Shown: positions 34,104 through 41,956 of the stretch, one piece after another
How positions within the stretch are numbered: the stretch's first letter is position 1
Layout: each line of letters opens with the position of its first letter
DNA from: Nitrososphaerales archaeon
Lineage (GTDB): Archaea > Thermoproteota > Nitrososphaeria > Nitrososphaerales > Gagatemarchaeaceae
NCBI GenBank assembly: GCA_035626075.1
Contig: DASPOK010000054.1
Span: forward strand, 1 to 49,274
Length of the DNA stretch: 49,274 nt
Direction of reading: 5' to 3'
Program-made: the position numbers and the translations under genes
The notes under the pieces: generated by a model
Seen by the model: the letters and a program-made list of their open reading frames with translations, nothing else
What the model was told of the DNA's origin: nothing
The model's database searches: none

Positions 34104-34769
34104 TTGAAGCTCTTCCTCGACACGGCCAATCTCGCTCAGATCAAGAAACTCAACCGGATGGGAATCGTGGACGGCGTTACAACGAACCCCACTCTGGTTG
34201 CCAAGGAACAGGGTGAATTCGAAGACATAATCAAAGCGATCTGCAAGGAGGTGAAGGGGGATGTCAGCGCAGAGGTCGTTGCCACTGACTTCGACGGCAT
34301 GGTGGCTGAGGCAAGGCACCTGTCGAGACTGGCAGCCAACGTCGTAGTCAAGATTCCAATCATCCCCGAAGGGCTGAGAGCCACAAGAGAGGTGAGCGCC
34401 CTGGGGATTCGTGTCAACATGACCCTGGTCTTTTCAGCAAACCAGGGGCTCCTGGCCGCGAAGGCTGGAGCCTCTTTCATCAGCCCGTTCATTGGGAGGC
34501 TGGACGATGTAGGCCAAAGAGGCATGGAGGTGGTTGAGGACCTGGTAAGGATACGGGACAATTACAAGCTGAAGGCCGAGGTGCTTGTCGGGAGCATCAG
34601 GCACCCTCAGCATGTGCTTGAGGCCGCGAAGGTGGGAGCTGACATTGCAACAATGCCCCCGGAGGTGATGGAGAAGATGATTCAGCACCCTCTCACCGAT
34701 GCGGGGCTCAAGAGGTTCTTAGAAGACTGGGAGAAGGCCAAGAAGGCCAAGCCGTCCATAACCGTCTAG
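34104..34769 (+). CDS. tal: transaldolase (short, fructose-6-phosphate-aldolase-like type)
   Basis: MKLFLDTANLAQIKKLNRMGIVDGVTTNPTLV...VKIP...ISPFIGRLDD. Confidence 0.9.
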   Translation: MKLFLDTANLAQIKKLNRMGIVDGVTTNPTLVAKEQGEFEDIIKAICKEVKGDVSAEVVATDFDGMVAEARHLSRLAANVVVKIPIIPEGLRATREVSALGIRVNMTLVFSANQGLLAAKAGASFISPFIGRLDDVGQRGMEVVEDLVRIRDNYKLKAEVLVGSIRHPQHVLEAAKVGADIATMPPEVMEKMIQHPLTDAGLKRFLEDWEKAKKAKPSITV

Positions 34770-34807
34770 CAGACAACTTTTTACGAGTGGGCTATCCGCA
34801 GGCTCCA

Positions 34808-35410
34808 ATGGCTAAAACATACTCACTTCCACCTCTACCATATTCCTACGAAGCACTGGAGCCCCACATCTCAAGGCAGATAATGACTCTCCACCACGAC
34901 AAGCACCACCAGGCCTACGTCACAGGCGCCAATGCAGCCCTAGAGAAACTGGAAAAGGCAAGAAAGGGCGAGGCGCAGATTGACGTTCGAGCAGTCCTCC
35001 GCGACTATAGCTTCAACGTCGATGGTCACATCCTTCACTCCATCTTCTGGCCCAACATGGCGCCGCCCGGAAAGGGTGGCGGGACCCCCGGCGGGAAGCT
35101 AGCTGACAAAATCAACGCAGATTTTGGAGGCTTTGACAAGTTCAAGGCTCAATTCAGTGATGCAGCGAAGACTGTCGAAGGTAGCGGCTGGGCCCTGCTC
35201 CTTCATGACCCCGAGACCAACTCGTTGGTTCTTACCCAGGTCGAGAAGCAAAACTTCATGCACCTGGCCCAGATGAAAATCCTCCTCGGTCTCGATGTCT
35301 GGGAGCACGCATACTACCTTCAGTACCTTAACGATAGGGCGAAGTATGTGGAATCTTGGTGGAATGTGGTCAACTGGTCAGACGTGGACACGAGGCTGTC
35401 GAAGGTCTAA
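34808..35410 (+). CDS. sod: Fe/Mn superoxide dismutase
   Basis: YSLPPLPYSYEALEPHIS...LHHDKHHQAYV...DVWEHAYYLQY. Start at ATG 34808. Confidence 0.92.
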   Translation: MAKTYSLPPLPYSYEALEPHISRQIMTLHHDKHHQAYVTGANAALEKLEKARKGEAQIDVRAVLRDYSFNVDGHILHSIFWPNMAPPGKGGGTPGGKLADKINADFGGFDKFKAQFSDAAKTVEGSGWALLLHDPETNSLVLTQVEKQNFMHLAQMKILLGLDVWEHAYYLQYLNDRAKYVESWWNVVNWSDVDTRLSKV

Positions 35411-35433
35411 CAAAGACCTTCGCATCCCTATTT

Positions 35434-36735
35434 TCAGTCATTTCCCACCGTAGCAGCGAACCTGCCGCTCCGCTCGATTAGATAGGCCAGATCTTTCTCT
35501 GTGTGCGCGGTCGACAGGCCGCAAGGGTGGCCGGGAAGCATGAAGATGCCTTCGGACATGAGGCGAAGTCCGTACATCTTGGCCTTCTGCTTGTCCTGCT
35601 TGGCAGCGTCCTCGGCGTTTCTCGGCTCTCCTCCGAAGTGAGTCAGGAAGAGGGACCCCAGCCCCGTGGTATGCACCGTGACGCCTTCTTCGGACATGGC
35701 CTCGTCGACCCCCTTCCTGAGGGACTCCCCCATCTTGCTGAGCCTCGGGTATATCGTCCCTGCATGTCTCCTGAGGTACCTCAGGGTAGCTAGGCCGGCG
35801 GTCATTGTGAGAGGGTTATCGGAGAAGGTCCCTCCTCCTATCGAGACAAATCCCTCCCTCCTCGAAGGGTCTGCTCTGGCGAGTATCTCTTTCCTTCCAC
35901 AGACCAGCCCTAGGGGGAGGCCGCCTCCCGCTATCTTGCCGAACGTCGCCAGGTCCGGCCTGACTCTGTAAGTCTCTTGGGCGCCTCCCAATGCGAGCCT
36001 GAACCCTGTGATTATCTCGTCGAACGCGAGGAGGACGCTGTTCCTGTCGGCAATCTCCCTGAGGCCCTTTAGATAATCGCCATCGGCAGGTATGCACCCA
36101 CCTGCGCCAAGGACAGGTTCCAGGAGTATCACAGCCACATCCCCCTTTGCTCTCCTGACCTCCGCCTCTGCCGCCCCCAGGTCGTTGAAGCGCACCGTCC
36201 TCACGTGTGCCTGCTCCTCCTCGAGTATCCCTGCACTCTCGTTCCTGTCGAAAGGCTGGTGAACCCCCCTGTTCAGTTCCGTGTTGTAGCCGTGCCATCC
36301 CCCGGCCATCTTAATCACGGCCTTCTTCCCCGTGAACCCCCTGGCCAGCCTAACGAGGTACATCGTCGCTTCAGCCCCCGTGTTGCAGAATCGCATGGCT
36401 TCGGCGCAGGGCACAGACCTTTGGATCTCTTCCCCGAGCTCGACGGAGACCTTGCTCCCCATGCCGTACTGTGTGCCGTTTTCAATCTGAGGGAGGAGCG
36501 CGTCTGCGACCACCTTCGGCGAGTGCCCTAGGATGAGGGCAGTGTGTCCCATCCAATAATCCGTGTATTTGTTCCCGTCCTCGTCCCAGATGTGCTGCCC
36601 CTTGGCCCTGCTTACGAATATGGGATAGGGCTCATAAAACCTGGCGTTGTGGTTGACTCCGCCTGCGAATACCTTCTTTGCGCGCCTGTAGAGGCTCCTC
36701 GAGCCCCCAGTCGTCGATTCGTAGGTGCCATGCAT
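35434..36735 (-). CDS. class-III aminotransferase, glutamate-1-semialdehyde 2,1-aminomutase-like
   Basis: AGGVNHNAR...GQHIWDEDGNKYTDY...DEIITGFR...TFGKIAGGGLPLG (PLP Lys). ATG 36735 is preferred over TTG 36792 because gaatatatc at 36757-36765 lies 22-30 nt upstream of it. Confidence 0.8.
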   Translation of the reverse strand: MHGTYESTTGGSRSLYRRAKKVFAGGVNHNARFYEPYPIFVSRAKGQHIWDEDGNKYTDYWMGHTALILGHSPKVVADALLPQIENGTQYGMGSKVSVELGEEIQRSVPCAEAMRFCNTGAEATMYLVRLARGFTGKKAVIKMAGGWHGYNTELNRGVHQPFDRNESAGILEEEQAHVRTVRFNDLGAAEAEVRRAKGDVAVILLEPVLGAGGCIPADGDYLKGLREIADRNSVLLAFDEIITGFRLALGGAQETYRVRPDLATFGKIAGGGLPLGLVCGRKEILARADPSRREGFVSIGGGTFSDNPLTMTAGLATLRYLRRHAGTIYPRLSKMGESLRKGVDEAMSEEGVTVHTTGLGSLFLTHFGGEPRNAEDAAKQDKQKAKMYGLRLMSEGIFMLPGHPCGLSTAHTEKDLAYLIERSGRFAATVGND

Positions 36736-36756
36736 CACTAGGCGGGCGCACACAGC

Positions 36757-36765
36757 GAATATATC
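36757..36765 (-). promoter_or_regulatory. TATA-like box for the aminotransferase gene
   Basis: AT-rich box 22-30 nt upstream of ATG 36735 on the minus strand. Confidence 0.4.
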
Positions 36766-36790
36766 AACCCAGTTTTTCTCGGGAAGAGTC

Positions 36791-36799
36791 AATTATAGG
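36791..36799 (+). promoter_or_regulatory. TATA-like box (aattatagg) for ogg
   Basis: 26-34 nt upstream of ATG 36825. Confidence 0.4.
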
Positions 36800-36824
36800 T
36801 CATTCCCGAAGAGCGAATTCGAGG

Positions 36825-37739
36825 ATGGAATTCACCGTAGCGTTGGGCACCCCCTTCAGCCTCGATTACACGTTGGAGAGCGGCCAGCTCTTTCGCTGGG
36901 AAAGGAGGGGAGAGTGGTGGTACGGCGTCGTGGCGGGGGCGGTGTTGAAGGTGAAGCAAGAAGGGGACGCTCTTCGGTGCGCTTCGAGCTCCGACTCTTT
37001 CGACAGCGTCTTCCTGACCAGCTATTTCAGACTGGACGAGGACCTGGGCCACGTACTGGCAACCATTGCAAAGGACGACGTCATCAACCGGGCGATACAG
37101 AAGTTCTACGGCCTTCGTCTAGTGAGACAGGATAGCTGGGAGTGTCTCGCTTCTTTCGTCCTTGCGACGAATTCAAACATTCCCCGAATCAAGAGGATGG
37201 TTTCTGCGGTGTGTACGAAATACGGTGCGTCCATCGAGTTTGAGGGAGAAGTCTACCACTCTTTTCCCACCCCAGAGGCTCTGTCGGGTGCGGCAACCTC
37301 AGACCTCGTCTCGTGTGGTCTGGGCTACAGGGCGCCCTTCTTGAAGAAGGTTGCGAAGACCGTGGTTGAAGGGAGGGTTGATTTCAGCGCACTTTCATCT
37401 CTAGGATACGAAGAGTCTCACAGGCTATTGCTGGCAGAACTCTTCGGGGAGAAGCTGCTCCTGGGGGTCGGCCCAAAGGTTGCCGATTGCGTCCTTCTCT
37501 ACTCGTTCGGGAAGGATGAATCGTTCCCAATCGACGTCTGGATAGCCAGGGTCTTGTCGAAGTGGTACCCTAGGCTCCTCGGTCCCACTCTAAGCAGGAG
37601 GTTCAAGGCAGACAAAAAGGCGAAGCTGTCGGAGAGGGACTACGAGAAAGTATCCAGGAGAGTCAGGTCGCACTTTGGAAGGTACGCGGGCTACGCACAG
37701 CAGTATCTCTTCGCGGCCGCCCGGGAAGAGATCGTCTAG
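36825..37739 (+). CDS. ogg: 8-oxoguanine DNA glycosylase/AP lyase (HhH-GPD, Ogg family)
   Basis: N-terminal LDYTLESGQLFRW and an HhH-GPD motif LLGVGPKVADCVLLYSFGKDESFPIDVW. Start at ATG 36825. Confidence 0.8.
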   Translation: MEFTVALGTPFSLDYTLESGQLFRWERRGEWWYGVVAGAVLKVKQEGDALRCASSSDSFDSVFLTSYFRLDEDLGHVLATIAKDDVINRAIQKFYGLRLVRQDSWECLASFVLATNSNIPRIKRMVSAVCTKYGASIEFEGEVYHSFPTPEALSGAATSDLVSCGLGYRAPFLKKVAKTVVEGRVDFSALSSLGYEESHRLLLAELFGEKLLLGVGPKVADCVLLYSFGKDESFPIDVWIARVLSKWYPRLLGPTLSRRFKADKKAKLSERDYEKVSRRVRSHFGRYAGYAQQYLFAAAREEIV

Positions 37740-37740
37740 G

Positions 37741-38319
37741 CTAGTCCTCGGGTTTCTTCTTCGTCCTGGGCTTCGCCCTGGCCTTAACCGCCTTCTCGGC
37801 CCTCGTTGTTTCTTTCTTCACTTTCTTCTTTACCTTCGCGGCTTCCTTCTCCACCTCGGCGGCTTCCTTCTTCACCTCCTTCTCTACTTTCACAAGTTCC
37901 TCCTCCACCTTCCTGACCCTGCCCTCGAGCTTCTTCTCAGGTGCCTGATGCGACCCCCACCGTTTCAGAGAATTCACGTTCGCTTCGAGTGTACTTCTCC
38001 TTCTCGGGTCAACTCTGAGTCCCCACCTCGATGCGAATCCTAGGGTGAGCCCTGCACCAGAAACCTCCTCCACAGAGAAACCCCTACCCTGCCTTGTCAC
38101 GACTTCCGTCCTGCGCCTTGCCATGACCACGGCCTCGGGGGGCCTGCCAGGAGGAAGCATCGGAGATTTCTTAGGCGACTTTGCCGGCTTCGAGGTCGTT
38201 TCAGGCTTCTTCTTTCTCTGTCTGGAGCTCAACGCTTTCCGAACCCGTCCAAGTGGGGGATAAAACGGTTCCCTGATTTGCTGGCGTCTGGTTACGCCCT
38301 GGGCTTCCTCAGCCCCCAT
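37741..38319 (-). CDS. rpl13e: 50S ribosomal protein L13e, long form with basic N-terminal and K/E-rich C-terminal extensions (start uncertain; alternative ATG 38160)
   Basis: Core is RQGRGFSVEEVSGAGLTLGFASRWGLRVDPRRRSTLEANVNSLKRW. The tail is ...VEKEVKKEAAEVEKEAAKVKKKVKKE.... ATG 38319 overlaps the upstream gene by 28 nt. Confidence 0.75.
   Translation of the reverse strand: MGAEEAQGVTRRQQIREPFYPPLGRVRKALSSRQRKKKPETTSKPAKSPKKSPMLPPGRPPEAVVMARRRTEVVTRQGRGFSVEEVSGAGLTLGFASRWGLRVDPRRRSTLEANVNSLKRWGSHQAPEKKLEGRVRKVEEELVKVEKEVKKEAAEVEKEAAKVKKKVKKETTRAEKAVKARAKPRTKKKPED
37838..37879 (-). repeat. two tandem 21-nt units (19/21 identical) inside the L13e tail
   Basis: gcggcttccttctccacctcg / gcggcttccttcttcacctcc. 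On the coding strand these give a heptad duplication EVKKEAA/EVEKEAA. Confidence 0.7.
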
Positions 38320-38783
38320 GCCATCGAGATCAACCCTGCTGCAGTCAGGAGGGCACCGGCCAGCTCGAAGTACACGTTCTTGTATACCACGTAACCAGGA
38401 ACCAGGACCGCATCGATTCCTATCAGCAACACTACCAGCCCGAAGGTGAAGTACTTCCCGCTGCCGATTTGGACAGGGCTGACCACCTTACCTCCGGGAA
38501 GTTGGACTTGCGAAGGCCCTGAAGGCATCCTTCGGAAGGAGGGCAGCCCTCCCTTCATCAGCCCCATCGGAAAGAAAATCACGCCAAGTGCCAAGATTAT
38601 GCTTGACGTCCCTTGGGCAGCGCCAGGCTCAGGACTCGAGATGAGACAGTAGCAGGAGTCTCCGGACGGAGTCATCACGGGGAAGAAAGAATGGTATTGG
38701 CTGAAGAGGCTGCCGAACAGGGTTATGCCAGTAACGCCAAGAAGGATGAAGACAACCGAGAGGGCGAGGAACTCCTTGTCCAA
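38292..38783 (-). CDS. hypothetical membrane protein (about 4 TM segments)
   Basis: Hydrophobic segments LALSVVFILLGVTGITLFGSLF, SSIILALGVIFFPMGL, FTFGLVVLLIGIDAVLVPGYVV and LAGALLTAAGLISMAW; no family recognised. Confidence 0.5.
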   Translation of the reverse strand: MDKEFLALSVVFILLGVTGITLFGSLFSQYHSFFPVMTPSGDSCYCLISSPEPGAAQGTSSIILALGVIFFPMGLMKGGLPSFRRMPSGPSQVQLPGGKVVSPVQIGSGKYFTFGLVVLLIGIDAVLVPGYVVYKNVYFELAGALLTAAGLISMAWGLRKPRA

Positions 38784-38838
38784 AACTCAGTCGTCGAAGC
38801 CCTTTCACCTCTCTTAAGCGTTTCTGGGGAGCGACCTT

Positions 38839-39030
38839 TCACTTGGGCGGGGAAGCCCTCCTTAGGATGATTCCGGCAGCAATCAGCCCGATAAACACGA
38901 CAACGAGGCCGACCAAGTTCGCAACGCCGAAGGAGGTCGACCCCTGGGCTTCTGTTTCGCTCAGCAGGTAAAAGAAAGCGTAGGCCAGTATCGCCAGGCT
39001 CCCTAGGGCGATGGGGATCCAGAGATTCAT
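38839..39030 (-). CDS. small hypothetical membrane protein (2 TM)
   Basis: 63 aa: MNLWIPIALGSLAILAYAFFYLL...VGLVVVFIGLIAAGIIL. Confidence 0.4.
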   Translation of the reverse strand: MNLWIPIALGSLAILAYAFFYLLSETEAQGSTSFGVANLVGLVVVFIGLIAAGIILRRASPPK

Positions 39031-39131
39031 CTGTCCGCGCCCGCCCTTGACCCCATCAATATGCCTTCGCTCATCTCGTGTGTGGCGGCATGAAGGGGGT
39101 CAGGTTCTGAACGAGAGGCTATTTCAAACCG

Positions 39132-39267
39132 TCCCGCAGGTCGGATTTGAGCCGACGACACTCCGGTAACTGTGGCCTGTGTAGGCTGAACGGGTCAGCC
39201 AATGGCCGACCTCTACAGCCGGAAGCTAATGGCCCCACTCGGGTCTACCAGGCTGAGCTACTGCGGG
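39132..39267 (-). tRNA. tRNA-Tyr (anticodon GUA) with two introns: a 17-nt intron in the D-arm and a 45-nt canonical 37/38 intron
   Basis: Hand-folded from the minus strand.
- Acceptor stem: CCCGCAG / CUGCGGG, giving C1-G72, with A73.
- D-arm: D-stem GCUC and D-loop AGCCUGGUA. The 3' strand of the D-stem, GA|GC, is interrupted by CCCGAGUGGGGCCAUUA (39243-39227).
- Anticodon arm: stem UCCGG/CCGGA, loop CUGUAG|A interrupted by 39212-39168. The intron segment CUACA pairs with the anticodon-loop segment UGUAG.
- T-arm: GUCGG-CUCAAAU-CCGAC.
- The mature length is 74 nt. Confidence 0.85.
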
Positions 39268-39290
39268 ACGAACGCCCGACCTCTCCTGAT

Positions 39291-39300
39291 TTCTTAAGCG
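39291..39300 (-). promoter_or_regulatory. TATA-like box for tRNA-Tyr
   Basis: Minus-strand cgcttaagaa lies 24-33 nt upstream of the tRNA 5' end at 39267. Confidence 0.4.
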
Positions 39301-39367
39301 TTTCAGCCTCGAGCAAGACCAAAATACACGCAGCCGAGGCAGGCGGCTGTACCAGCGGTCTTTCGGC

Positions 39368-40237
39368 TTGAGCTTCAGAGACTATTTCGCGCTGACCAAA
39401 CCCAAGATTGTTCCCCTTCTCCTAATGGCGGCGCTGGGTTCGTCTGTTGTCGCCTCAAGGACCGTTCCTCCTTTCTCGGTGCTCGTCGGAGTCCTAGTCG
39501 GAGGGGCGCTGGCCTCCGCCGGGGCCCTCGCACTGAACAGCTACCTTGAGATGGGTCTCGACGCCAAGATGAAGCGGACTATGGCCAGACCGTTACCGTC
39601 TGGGAAGATCGTCCCTCCTCACCAGGCTCTCGCGTTGGGCCTCGGGCTTGTCGCCCTTGGGTTGATTGTGGCTTTCTTGACCGTCAACATCGTGGCCACT
39701 TCCTTCATTGCTCTCGGGGCCTTCGTCTACGTGCCGGTCTATACGGTCTTCCTCAAGCCTCGAACAAGCTGGAACATCGTGCTGGGGGGCTTTGCAGGCA
39801 GCTGCGCCGCGCTGGCAGGCTGGTATGCGGTCTCGCCTTCCAATGCCATCGTGGGGTGGATTCTTGGTGCCCTCGTCTTTGTCTGGACGCCAACGCACTT
39901 CTGGAGCCTCGCGGTGATAACCGAGCAGGACTATTCGACGGTGGGCATCCCGATGCTCCCCTCGGAAATCGGGCCCAAGGCTGCTTCGAGGTACATCGTG
40001 GCCAACACCCTTCTCCTCATCCCCGTAAGTCTCCTCTTTTCTTTTTACATCGCAGGCCTAGGCCTGATCGTTTACCTCGCGGTTGCGGTCATTTTCGACG
40101 CCTTCCTCTTGGGAACGAATCTGAAGTTGCTGAAGACCCCCAACAAGGCGAATGCGTTGCTGGCGTTCAAGTTCTCCAGCCCGTACCTTGCTATAATTTT
40201 CCTGGCAGCAATGGTGGCCGCCCTGCTCCCGGCCTGA
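39368..40237 (+). CDS. ctaB: protoheme IX farnesyltransferase (heme O synthase)
   Basis: UbiA-family polytopic protein: FRDYFALTKPKI...NSYLEMGLDAKMKRTMARPLPSG...; TTG start. Confidence 0.88.
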   Translation: MSFRDYFALTKPKIVPLLLMAALGSSVVASRTVPPFSVLVGVLVGGALASAGALALNSYLEMGLDAKMKRTMARPLPSGKIVPPHQALALGLGLVALGLIVAFLTVNIVATSFIALGAFVYVPVYTVFLKPRTSWNIVLGGFAGSCAALAGWYAVSPSNAIVGWILGALVFVWTPTHFWSLAVITEQDYSTVGIPMLPSEIGPKAASRYIVANTLLLIPVSLLFSFYIAGLGLIVYLAVAVIFDAFLLGTNLKLLKTPNKANALLAFKFSSPYLAIIFLAAMVAALLPA

Positions 40238-40285
40238 GTTGGCCTGGGCAATCCTTTTCTTCAATGGTGGCAGGTGTGACATTGA

Positions 40286-41491
40286 ATGACGATGTTGTTT
40301 GTGGTCCATTACTCGGAGGTAACCCTGAAAGGCAACAACAGACCCGAGTTCATTAGGGCGCTCAGGAAGAACATCAATAGGGCCCTTTCAGGGATTGACC
40401 ACCAGACCGCGTTCTCTGAAGGGAGGTTCATCGTAAACACCACCGGCGGGGAGGAGGAGGTCAGAAGGCGGCTCTCGACGGTGTTCGGCGTTTCCTGGTT
40501 TGCGCCCGTTTCTGTGGTCAGTCAGGACTACGAAGAGATCCTTGAGGAGGTCCTGCGTCTCGCTAGGTCAGCCAAGGCACGAACCTTCAAGATCTCTCCG
40601 AGGCGGGCAGACAAAGGCTTCCCAACCACCTCACAGGAGCTCGCAGCGAGGCTAGGCGCCGAGGTTGTGCGTTCCACGGCGATGCCGGTCGACCTTTCTG
40701 CACCCGACCTGACGATACACGTTGACGTAGTGCGAGGAAAGGCGCTCATCTACACTGCCAAGTATCATGGCCCTGGCGGCCTCCCGCTTGGGACCGCAGG
40801 CCGGGCCATTCACCTCTTCTCGGGCGGGATTGACTCCCCCGTGGCAGCCTGGCTGATGATGAAGCGGGGGACCAGGCCGGTCTACCTTCACTTCTATCTG
40901 GCGCCAACCCCCCAGGCCGCAGTTGAAAGCAAGATCACAGGGCTTGTCAGGGTCCTCTCCGCCTACGCAGGAAAGAGCACTCTCGTGCTGGTGCCGTTCG
41001 CGGACTACCAGCTTGCCACTACAGCGGTCCCCGGCGAGCTCGAACCGTCGCTCTTCCGCCGGTTCATGCGAATGACCGCCGAGGCACTCGCCTCCAGGTT
41101 CGGCGCTTCTGCAATTTCAACGGGAGACTCGCTGTCGCAGGCAGCCTCCCAGACCCTCTGGAACATTGCGTCCTTCGACCAAGGCTCCTCTCTGCCAATA
41201 CTCAGGCCTCTGCTTACCTTCGACAAGGACGAGATCGTCAGCCTGGGAAGGCGCATCGGAACCTACGACCTCTCCCTAGAAGAGTACAAGGACTGCTGCG
41301 CGATCATCACCAGACATCCGAGGACAAGGGTGAAAGGGGCGCTGGTCACCGAATACGTCGGCAAGCTCGGCCTACAGGAGCTCGTCTGGACGTCCGTGGA
41401 GAAGGCCACTCTGGTTACATACAATCCGGTCGGCAATGTTCTGAAGGCATCACCCCTCGCCGAGTCTGCACTGGGAGCGAGAGCGGCCTGA
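40286..41491 (+). CDS. thiI: tRNA 4-thiouridine synthase ThiI (THUMP + PP-loop)
   Basis: VHYSEVTLKGNNRPEF..., a THUMP region, and PP-loop HLFSGGIDSPVAAWL. Confidence 0.88.
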   Translation: MTMLFVVHYSEVTLKGNNRPEFIRALRKNINRALSGIDHQTAFSEGRFIVNTTGGEEEVRRRLSTVFGVSWFAPVSVVSQDYEEILEEVLRLARSAKARTFKISPRRADKGFPTTSQELAARLGAEVVRSTAMPVDLSAPDLTIHVDVVRGKALIYTAKYHGPGGLPLGTAGRAIHLFSGGIDSPVAAWLMMKRGTRPVYLHFYLAPTPQAAVESKITGLVRVLSAYAGKSTLVLVPFADYQLATTAVPGELEPSLFRRFMRMTAEALASRFGASAISTGDSLSQAASQTLWNIASFDQGSSLPILRPLLTFDKDEIVSLGRRIGTYDLSLEEYKDCCAIITRHPRTRVKGALVTEYVGKLGLQELVWTSVEKATLVTYNPVGNVLKASPLAESALGARAA

Positions 41492-41542
41492 GACCGCCGG
41501 GACCCGCTCACGCCTTGGTCTTGCCCTCTCCCGGCAGGGCAG

Positions 41543-41551
41543 AATTATAAG
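41543..41551 (+). promoter_or_regulatory. TATA-like box (aattataag) for trx
   Basis: 22-30 nt upstream of ATG 41573. Confidence 0.4.
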
Positions 41552-41572
41552 CAGGGAGGATTCGGCGCCCCA

Positions 41573-41920
41573 ATGACGATAGAAGTGACGGACACAGTCG
41601 TTGCGATTCAGGGAAACAAGTTCCAGGACGAAGTAGTGAAGTCGACCCAACCGGTCGTGGTGGACTTCTACGCTGACTGGTGCGGCCCGTGCAAGATGAT
41701 CGAACCAGTGATTCACCAGCTTGCGACGGAGTATCAGGGACGGGTGAAGTTCGTGAAGGTAGACACAGACGCCAACCAAGAGATAGCCACGCAGTTTGGC
41801 ATCATGAGCATCCCAACTGTGATGTTCTTCTCGAAGGGGAACGTCGAGGACATCGTTATAGGTGCAGTTCCCTCTGCGGTACTGAAGTCAAAGGTTGACG
41901 CGCTGGCCAAGAGCGGCTAG
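41573..41920 (+). CDS. trxA: thioredoxin
   Basis: VVVDFYADWCGPCKMIEP...SIPTVMFF. Confidence 0.92.
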   Translation: MTIEVTDTVVAIQGNKFQDEVVKSTQPVVVDFYADWCGPCKMIEPVIHQLATEYQGRVKFVKVDTDANQEIATQFGIMSIPTVMFFSKGNVEDIVIGAVPSAVLKSKVDALAKSG

Positions 41921-41956
41921 AACTCCTTAAAGGGCGTCTCCCGGCCGGCGGGCACG

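Noticed and set aside
37741-37930. Repetitive cttc/ttcc-rich DNA that might be mistaken for a tandem-repeat locus or CRISPR-like array
   Set aside because: It is the coding sequence, on the minus strand, of the Lys/Glu-rich tail of L13e. Only one 21-nt duplication is present, and there is no spacer-repeat architecture.
39147-39371. 74-aa plus-strand ORF
   Set aside because: It is overlapped almost entirely by the two-intron tRNA-Tyr gene on the minus strand.
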